In this document: one piece after another, positions 57,429 through 64,000 of the stretch
Position numbering within the stretch: the stretch's first letter is position 1
How the letters are laid out: every line of letters begins with the position of its first letter
Assembly (NCBI GenBank): GCA_943789355.1
Contig: CALSTU010000003.1
Coordinates: 165,985-229,984 of the forward strand
DNA: 64,000 nt
Direction of reading: 5' to 3'
DNA from: an uncultured Flavobacteriales bacterium
GTDB lineage: Bacteria > Bacteroidota > Bacteroidia > Flavobacteriales > UBA7430
Program-made: the position numbers and the translations under genes
The notes under the pieces: generated by a model
Told to the model about the DNA's origin: nothing
What the model saw: only the letters and a program-made list of their open reading frames with translations
The model's database searches: none

Positions 57429-59519
57429 ATGAAATATACCAAGAACATAGCATTTTTATTTGTCGCATGTGTAGCGATTTCCATGAATTCTTTTGGGCAA
57501 GGTAAGCAGCTTAAAAAGGCTGATGCCGCTTTTGAACAATATGAGTTCCACAAGGCGATGAAGCATTATAAAAGAGCCTACTCAAAATCTAACGATCGTA
57601 CTCAAAAAATAGACATGAGTTTTCGTTTGGCTGAATGTGCTCGAAAAATAGGTAATTATAGACAAGCTGAAAGTTATTACAAGCGTACCATCAAAATGCG
57701 TTATGATGACCCCATAGCAATTTATTACTTGGGTATGATGCAGCGTAATATTGGTAAGTATCAAGATGCTGTTGAATCCTTTCAGTTGTACATGGAGAAA
57801 GTTCCAGAAGACCTCAGAGGTCAGGAGGCTATTGTAGCTTGTGAGTTGGCTATTGACTGGGTTAACAACCCTTCTAGGTATGCTGTGTCTAACATGAAAG
57901 TAATCAACTCTAAGTTTGATGATCGCATGCCTGCCTTTGGTAATAAAGATTTCACACAGCTTTTATTCACAACAGCACGAAAAGGAGTGACTGGAAGAAA
58001 AATTAGTGCTCAAACCGGACAATATTTTACCGATGTATGGGTTGCAGACTTAGAGAAGAATAAAAGTAAACGTGGTAAAGGAAAGAAATCAAAACCAAAA
58101 TGGAAAGAGCCTGTTTCTCTTGCCGATAATTCTGGAGCAGAAGATTATATAAATACGAAGTTCGATGAAGGTGCTGTTAGTTTGAATGAACGTGGTAACC
58201 TAATCTATTTCAATCGAGCAATAATGGAAAGGAAAGAGTACCACATTCCACGTGTATACTCTGCCATAAAGAAGGGGGGCGCTTGGGAGCAACCTATTGA
58301 GCTAAACCTTCCTGTAGATTCAAATTACATGGTTATTTACCCTAATTTATCAGCCGATGAAACAACACTTTACTTTGTTTCAGACATGCCTGGTGGACAG
58401 GGTGATTTTGATATTTGGATGTCTGAATACAACAAGAGACAAGATGTTTGGAGTGATCCTGTAAACTTAGGTCCCGAAGTAAATACTGCTGGAAAAGAAA
58501 TTGCTCCGTATCTTCATGCTGATGGAACACTTTTCTTTGCGTCAAAAGGACATGTTGGTATGGGCGGCTTTGATATTTTTAGAGCAACAAAAAGACCTAG
58601 CGGCCAATTCGGAAAAGTGAAGAATATGAAATACCCCATCAATTCTTCTTTTGATGATTTTGGTATAGTATTTTCTGGACAAGATGCTATAAACGGATTC
58701 TTTACTTCCAATCGTAAAGGTGGTCGTGGTGGTGACGATATATATGAAGCAAAGCTTTCAGACTTAAAGTTCATCATGGAAGGTCTTCTTCTTGATGAAG
58801 AAACAACAGATCCATTACAAGGAGTTAATGTTCATATTGAAGGCTCTGATGGTTCGTCATTTGATGCGGTAACTAACAAAAACGGTCTCTTTAGTTTTGG
58901 GAATCAAATTATTAAACAAGGTGTTGAATATGATGTTACTTATACCAAGGATACTTACGTCACTGCATATGACACCGTGACTACTCAAAACTTGACGATC
59001 AATGACTTTGAGGTAACTGATGAAGGGTTTTTATACACGATTTCTGTAGATCTTTCCATGAAGGTGTTTCGATTACCTGTAGTACTTCCTCGTATTGAGT
59101 ATGACCTGGGTAGTTGGGAACTTCGTAATGTAGCAGAAAAGGATTTAGATAATCTGGTCGATGTTCTAGAAACCAATCCGGAGTTGAGAATTCAGCTTAG
59201 ATCTCATACAGATTTCAGGAGTAGCAACGAATTTAATCAAGAACTTTCTCAAAAAAGAGCTGATGCTTGTGTAGGATACCTAATAGAGAAAGGTATAGAC
59301 GCCTCCAGATTAGAGGCCCTTGGTATGGGGGAGTCAGAGCCACTTGTTCTGTCAGAAGATAGAAATGGATTTAAAAAAGGCGATGTGTTTACACAAGAAT
59401 TTATTGAGGGTATCCGTTCAAAAAGAAAGAGAGATACAGCACATCAGATGAATAGAAGAACAGACTTCAGAGAAGTTGAATCTGATCCAGCAGATGCCGA
59501 TATGTACGGAGAGTACTAA
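57429..59519 (+). CDS. OmpA-family outer-membrane/peptidoglycan-associated protein with N-terminal TPR and TolB-like (PD40) repeats
   Basis: ATG at 57429 gives signal MKYTKNIAFLFVACVAISMNSFGQ. TPR region, then repeated FxSxRxGGxGxxDI(Y/F/W) motifs. C-terminal OmpA domain (NQELSQKRADACVGYL...NRRTDF). Confidence 0.8.
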   Translation: MKYTKNIAFLFVACVAISMNSFGQGKQLKKADAAFEQYEFHKAMKHYKRAYSKSNDRTQKIDMSFRLAECARKIGNYRQAESYYKRTIKMRYDDPIAIYYLGMMQRNIGKYQDAVESFQLYMEKVPEDLRGQEAIVACELAIDWVNNPSRYAVSNMKVINSKFDDRMPAFGNKDFTQLLFTTARKGVTGRKISAQTGQYFTDVWVADLEKNKSKRGKGKKSKPKWKEPVSLADNSGAEDYINTKFDEGAVSLNERGNLIYFNRAIMERKEYHIPRVYSAIKKGGAWEQPIELNLPVDSNYMVIYPNLSADETTLYFVSDMPGGQGDFDIWMSEYNKRQDVWSDPVNLGPEVNTAGKEIAPYLHADGTLFFASKGHVGMGGFDIFRATKRPSGQFGKVKNMKYPINSSFDDFGIVFSGQDAINGFFTSNRKGGRGGDDIYEAKLSDLKFIMEGLLLDEETTDPLQGVNVHIEGSDGSSFDAVTNKNGLFSFGNQIIKQGVEYDVTYTKDTYVTAYDTVTTQNLTINDFEVTDEGFLYTISVDLSMKVFRLPVVLPRIEYDLGSWELRNVAEKDLDNLVDVLETNPELRIQLRSHTDFRSSNEFNQELSQKRADACVGYLIEKGIDASRLEALGMGESEPLVLSEDRNGFKKGDVFTQEFIEGIRSKRKRDTAHQMNRRTDFREVESDPADADMYGEY

Positions 59520-59537
59520 ATGATTTTATCCACAACG

Positions 59538-59571
59538 AAAAGCGTCTCACAGTCATGTGAGATGCTTTTTT
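59538..59571 (+). terminator. intrinsic terminator after the OmpA-family gene
   Basis: AGCGTCTCAC-agtcat-GTGAGATGCT-T6. Confidence 0.8.
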
Positions 59572-59578
59572 ATTTAAG

Positions 59579-59586
59579 TATATTTG
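59579..59586 (+). promoter_or_regulatory. -7 box TATATTTG upstream of purM
   Basis: Exact TAnnTTTG, 28 nt before the GTG at 59614. Confidence 0.45.
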
Positions 59587-59613
59587 CACAAATTAACCAA
59601 CCGGATTTCACCT

Positions 59614-60783
59614 GTGAGTAAACAAGATAGATACATGATGCGTGGCGTTTCGGCATCTAAGGAAGACGTTCACAATGCCATTAAAAATGTGGACAAAGGA
59701 TTGTTCCCGAAAGCATTTTGTAAGATCGTTGAAGATCGTTTAACAGACGATGAAGATTATTGTATCGTTATGCATGCAGATGGTGCAGGTACGAAATCTT
59801 CTTTAGCCTACATGTATTGGAAAGAGACGGGAGATATTTCTGTTTGGAAGGGTATTGCTCAAGATGCATTGGTCATGAATATTGATGATTTATTATGTGT
59901 TGGTGCCACGGATAAAATCCTAGTATCATCGACCATAGGAAGAAATAAAAACTTGATTCCGGGCGAGGTAATTTCTGAGATTATTAATGGAACTGAAGCC
60001 TTATTAGCTGACCTTCGTTCACAAGGTTTAGAGATTTATTCAACTGGAGGTGAGACTGCAGATGTTGGAGATTTGGTGCGTACCATCATTGTTGATTCTA
60101 CAGTTACGGCACGTATGAAACGTTCTGAGGTAATTTCCAATCATAAAATCGTTGGTGGTGAGGTAATTGTCGCCTTAGAGTCTGCCGGTCAATCTAATTA
60201 TGAAAATGCGTACAATGGTGGAATGGGATCCAATGGATTGACCTCTGCACGTCACGATGTGTTTCATAATATTTTAGCATCTAAATATCCAGAAAGTTTT
60301 GATGCTTCAGTGCCTTCTGATCTTGTATATTCCGGTGGTGTTGGTTTAACAGATTCGGTTGAGGGTGTTTCTTTAGATGCTGGTAAATTGGTTTTGTCAC
60401 CAACCCGTACCTATGCTCCTGTGATTAAGAAGATTTTGGATCACCATAGAAATCATATACATGGGATGGTTCACTGTAGTGGTGGAGCCCAAACAAAGGT
60501 TCTTCACTTTGTAGATGATGTACATGTTATTAAAGATGATTTATTCGATATCCCGCCTTTATTTAAACTCATACAAGAGCAGTCAGGTACCGAATGGAAA
60601 GAAATGTATAAGGTGTTTAATATGGGGCATCGTATGGAAATTTATTTGAATGAAGAGCATGCTGAAGAGATTGTAAATATTTCCAAGACATTTGGCATTG
60701 ATGCAAAAATTATAGGACGTGTTGAAAAACACCAAGGAAAGAAGTTGACTATTAAAAGCCCTTACGGCGAATTCGTTTATTAA
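59614..60783 (+). CDS. purM: phosphoribosylformylglycinamidine cyclo-ligase (AIR synthase, Bacteroidota-type PurM)
   Basis: The GTG at 59614 ([20 protein letters not shown]) lies downstream of the promoter box, whereas the track's TTG at 59584 falls inside the box. AIRS N and C domain pattern ([16 protein letters not shown]). Confidence 0.75.
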   Translation: MSKQDRYMMRGVSASKEDVHNAIKNVDKGLFPKAFCKIVEDRLTDDEDYCIVMHADGAGTKSSLAYMYWKETGDISVWKGIAQDALVMNIDDLLCVGATDKILVSSTIGRNKNLIPGEVISEIINGTEALLADLRSQGLEIYSTGGETADVGDLVRTIIVDSTVTARMKRSEVISNHKIVGGEVIVALESAGQSNYENAYNGGMGSNGLTSARHDVFHNILASKYPESFDASVPSDLVYSGGVGLTDSVEGVSLDAGKLVLSPTRTYAPVIKKILDHHRNHIHGMVHCSGGAQTKVLHFVDDVHVIKDDLFDIPPLFKLIQEQSGTEWKEMYKVFNMGHRMEIYLNEEHAEEIVNISKTFGIDAKIIGRVEKHQGKKLTIKSPYGEFVY

Positions 60784-60784
60784 T

Positions 60785-61864
60785 ATGGCATTACTCGATA
60801 AATTAGCAATGATCAAACTTCGGTTTGATGATGTTTCACAACAAATCATCGAACCAGAAGTGATTGCTGATATGAAGCGATACATACAATTGAATAAAGA
60901 GTACAAGGATTTACATCCGATTATAGAAGCTTACAATACCTATAAAACACTCTGTGAAAACATTGATGAATCAAATGAAATTCTAGAGGCCGAAGAAGAG
61001 GTCGAAATGAAAGAGATGGCTCGTATGGAATTGGATGAAGCAATTCCTAAAAAGTCTGAAATGGAGGAGCTTATAAAAGTTCTTTTGATTCCAAAGGATC
61101 CTGAAGACTCCAAAAATGCAGTTGTTGAAATTCGTGCTGGAGCAGGAGGTGATGAAGCCAGTATTTTTGCCGGTGACCTATACAGGATGTATACTCGATA
61201 TTGTGAAAGTAAAAAGTGGCGTACCGAATTGGTTGATGTAACTCATGGTACAGCTGGTGGATACAAAGAAATAGTAATGAATGTAAGTGGTGATGATGTC
61301 TATGGAACCATGAAGTATGAGTCTGGGGTACACCGTGTACAACGAGTGCCTCAAACCGAAACTCAGGGTAGAGTTCATACTTCCGCAGCCTCAGTTGTTG
61401 TTTTACCAGAAGCCGAGGAGTTTGACGTCCAAATTAGTGAGAAAGACATAAAGAAAGAGACTTATTGTTCTTCAGGTCCTGGAGGACAGTCTGTAAACAC
61501 AACCTATTCAGCTGTTCGTTTAACACACATTCCTTCGGGCGTGGTAGCACAATGTCAAGATCAGAAGTCGCAGATTAAAAATCACGCTAAAGCGCTACAA
61601 GTATTGAGATCTCGTATTTTTGAGATTGAATTGGCAAAGCGAAATGAAGAAATTGCAGGGAAACGAAAAACTATGGTTTCTACCGGAGATCGTTCTGCAA
61701 AAATACGTACCTACAATTATCCACAGGGTAGAGTTACGGATCACCGCATAGGTCTCACGCTATATTCTTTAAACGATATTGTCAATGGAGATATTCATAA
61801 AATCATTCAAGAGCTAACCGTTGCAGAAAACGCAGAGCGTTTAAAAGAAGGAAGCAATGACTAG
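60785..61864 (+). CDS. prfA: peptide chain release factor 1
   Basis: GGQ motif ([12 protein letters not shown]), PxT-type anticodon motif (PQT) and RF1-type N-terminus. No frameshift site. Confidence 0.93.
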   Translation: MALLDKLAMIKLRFDDVSQQIIEPEVIADMKRYIQLNKEYKDLHPIIEAYNTYKTLCENIDESNEILEAEEEVEMKEMARMELDEAIPKKSEMEELIKVLLIPKDPEDSKNAVVEIRAGAGGDEASIFAGDLYRMYTRYCESKKWRTELVDVTHGTAGGYKEIVMNVSGDDVYGTMKYESGVHRVQRVPQTETQGRVHTSAASVVVLPEAEEFDVQISEKDIKKETYCSSGPGGQSVNTTYSAVRLTHIPSGVVAQCQDQKSQIKNHAKALQVLRSRIFEIELAKRNEEIAGKRKTMVSTGDRSAKIRTYNYPQGRVTDHRIGLTLYSLNDIVNGDIHKIIQELTVAENAERLKEGSND

Positions 61865-62675
61865 ATCAGAACTCATAGCACAAATAAAAGTTAAAAAATC
61901 CTTTTTGTGTGTCGGTTTGGATACTGATATGGATCGTATCCCGAAACACTTATTAGATTTTGAAGACCCTATTTTCGAGTTCAACAAACAGATCATCGAT
62001 GCCACTCAGGATTTTTGTGTGGCATACAAGCCTAATTTAGCATTTTACGAATCTTTGGGTATAGATGGGTGGAAGTCTTTGCAAAAGACACTGGATTATA
62101 TCCCTAAGGATGTTTTTACTATTGCTGATGCTAAAAGAGGAGATATTGGAAATACTTCGTCCATGTATGCAAAGGCATTCTTTGAAAATATGGATTTCGA
62201 TTCTGTTACCGTTGCTCCATACATGGGAAAAGATTCCGTTCAGCCTTTTTTCATCTACAAGGATAAGTGGGTTATACTTCTAGCCTTAACTTCTAATGAG
62301 GGAGGGAAAGACTTTCAGTTGATTCAATCCAAGGGAAAACCCTTGTATCAAGAAGTTTTGGAGACCTCATCAAAATGGGGTAATACATCTAATATGATGT
62401 ATGTCGTTGGTGCTACTCGAGCAGATTGGTTGAGTGAAATTAGAAAGACCATTCCCGATCATTTTTTATTAGTACCCGGAGTCGGAGCACAAGGAGGGAG
62501 CCTAAAAGATGTTACCAAATACGGTATGAATAAAGATTGTGGCTTGTTGGTCAACTCATCTAGAGGAATTATTTACGCATCAGACACCAAAGATTTTGCC
62601 TCTGCTGCTAAGGCAGAAGCCTTGAAGCTTCAGCGACAAATGGAAGATGAATTGATTCGATATCATATCATCTAA
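61857..62675 (+). CDS. pyrF: orotidine 5'-phosphate decarboxylase (type 2)
   Basis: [25 protein letters not shown]. 8-nt overlap with prfA. Confidence 0.9.
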   Translation: MTRSELIAQIKVKKSFLCVGLDTDMDRIPKHLLDFEDPIFEFNKQIIDATQDFCVAYKPNLAFYESLGIDGWKSLQKTLDYIPKDVFTIADAKRGDIGNTSSMYAKAFFENMDFDSVTVAPYMGKDSVQPFFIYKDKWVILLALTSNEGGKDFQLIQSKGKPLYQEVLETSSKWGNTSNMMYVVGATRADWLSEIRKTIPDHFLLVPGVGAQGGSLKDVTKYGMNKDCGLLVNSSRGIIYASDTKDFASAAKAEALKLQRQMEDELIRYHII

Positions 62676-62787
62676 TACAATGCTTGTAATCAATTCAATA
62701 CACTTTTAAAAAAGAAATCATTTTTACATTGGGTTAATTGCTGTTTTAATATATTTATATATGTAAATATTATTTATAATAGTTTTA

Positions 62788-64000
62788 ATGCAAACCGTCT
62801 CAAAAATCTTATTCTTATGGATTCTTGGGATTGTTTTGTCGTCTCTCGTTCAAGCCTCCTTTACTCAATGGGTTTCGTTCCTTATTGTCTTTTCAATATT
62901 ATTTACTTGGATTCATGTCAAGTTCAGATTCATTTACTTAGAAAATTTACTTCTGGTACTTGTGCTCTTGTGTACCGTACAAATTTTAGATGGCGATTGT
63001 TTTGGTGTAGATAACGATAGGCGTATTGGTAATGGCGAGTATAAAGTCTTGTTAAAGGTTATGGAGCGTTATGGAGATTCAGAACTTCAGTACAAGTACA
63101 TTGTAAATTTGCAAGCAGTATTTTGTGATTCCTCAGTTTTAGTCAATGACGATTGCTTGTTGATGCAACAAAAAGGTCCTCGAAGTATTCATTTTTATCC
63201 AGGTGATCGTTTTTATGCATCGGTATATGCAAAAGATTTCCCAAAGTCTAAGCATCCAGCCCTTTTTGACTTCGGGAAGTACTGGGCTTTAAAGGGAGTT
63301 GAGAAACGTTTATGGATGAATGAAAAACCTTTAAAGATCATAGAGTATTCCAAAAGCTGGTATTATGTAATAAGAAGGAAACAAGCTTATTTGATTGAGT
63401 TGTTAGATCGTCAGCCCATCAGTGTTTCTACTCAGGAGATTTTGTCAGCATTGTTGTTAGGAGATAAGCGAGGAGTAAGTAATTCTTTAAGAGATAGGTT
63501 TTCAAACCTTGGTTTGTCACATATTTTAGCTTTAAGTGGTTTGCATATTGGTTTGATTTATGGGTTTTTCGCTTCTTTTTTTGGTTTCATTTTAAGGAGT
63601 AAGCCCAATTTGCAATCCATGTGTTTGATTTTGATCATAGGACTCTATGCGATATTAACAGGAGCTAGTGCTTCTGTCATTCGTGCCTCTTTGATGTTTG
63701 TACTTTATGCATTGTGCTTGTTCTTAAATAGGAGGGCAAATCCTTTTAATATTGTATTTATGTCAGCACTTTTTTTACTCATTTACAATTCAAATTTGTT
63801 GTATGATATCGGTTTTCAGCTTTCTTATCTCGCTGTTCTAGGTATTTTATATTTCCATCGGGTTTTTAAGAATTCTTTTGATAAAATAGGCACTCTGAGG
63901 AAGTATGTTTTAGGAATTGTTCTTATGACGGTTTCAGCTCAGTTAAGTACGGGAATACTTTCGATCTTTTATTTTAAATGTTTTTCAACCTCTTTTCTGT
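62788..64000 (+). CDS. comEC: ComEC/Rec2-family DNA internalisation channel protein, 3' end cut by window edge
   Basis: Not in the ORF track. Reading from the ATG at 62788, the frame stays open to nt 64000. Polytopic sequence with the family motif FSNLGLSHILALSGLHIGLIYGF...ASVIRASLMF. Confidence 0.8.
   Translation, partial: MQTVSKILFLWILGIVLSSLVQASFTQWVSFLIVFSILFTWIHVKFRFIYLENLLLVLVLLCTVQILDGDCFGVDNDRRIGNGEYKVLLKVMERYGDSELQYKYIVNLQAVFCDSSVLVNDDCLLMQQKGPRSIHFYPGDRFYASVYAKDFPKSKHPALFDFGKYWALKGVEKRLWMNEKPLKIIEYSKSWYYVIRRKQAYLIELLDRQPISVSTQEILSALLLGDKRGVSNSLRDRFSNLGLSHILALSGLHIGLIYGFFASFFGFILRSKPNLQSMCLILIIGLYAILTGASASVIRASLMFVLYALCLFLNRRANPFNIVFMSALFLLIYNSNLLYDIGFQLSYLAVLGILYFHRVFKNSFDKIGTLRKYVLGIVLMTVSAQLSTGILSIFYFKCFSTSFL

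Noticed and set aside
61349-61357. RF1 anticodon-like tripeptide reads PQT instead of the PAT/PVT I know from E. coli and Thermus.
   Set aside because: The middle position of PxT is, as far as I know, variable. The rest of RF1 is canonical, and stop-codon usage in the window (TAA, TAG, TGA) looks standard.
62817-63014. 65-aa track ORF.
   Set aside because: It is out of frame inside the longer ComEC-family reading frame that starts at 62788.

Overview
This 64-kb chromosomal window reads as an AT-rich Bacteroidota genome (Flavobacteriia/Cytophagia-like). Supporting signs are T9SS type-A and type-B C-terminal sorting domains, SprB-type repeats, a fused SecDF, TAnnTTTG -7 promoter boxes with very short leaders, and A-tract/hairpin/T-tract terminators. 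I can support about 56 protein genes, 3 tRNAs and 1 multiply disrupted pseudogene. Two of the protein genes run off the window edges and are missing or mis-started in the ORF track. Most content is housekeeping: sucC, accC, smpB, pcm, glmM, nadC, rlmH, rpsF-rpsR-rplI, gyrB, mdh, secDF, tatA, purM-prfA-pyrF, aroK and aroE. Four blocks stand out. (1) nt 1-3462 is the tail of a polysaccharide locus (TagF-like transferase, flippase, decayed sulfotransferase). (2) nt 8972-17638 is a nine-gene, overlap-packed kynurenine/tryptophan pathway operon containing an atypical SDR and a divergent cyclase-like protein. (3) nt 27024-31203 is a tightly coupled TPR / phosphosulfolactate synthase / rhodanese / DUF368 / aroE operon. 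(4) nt 39746-48113 holds four tandem paralogs of secreted surface proteins that carry a proprotein-convertase-type P-domain but no protease domain, wedged between gyrB and mdh, with a further T9SS FG-GAP protein just beyond mdh. Block 4 is my best candidate for something not yet described. The atypical SDR and the sulfolactate-type operon come next. I saw no CRISPR array, IS element, integrase, phage gene, toxin-antitoxin pair or recognisable defence gene. All calls rest on reading the translations and DNA by eye; no database search or computation was run.
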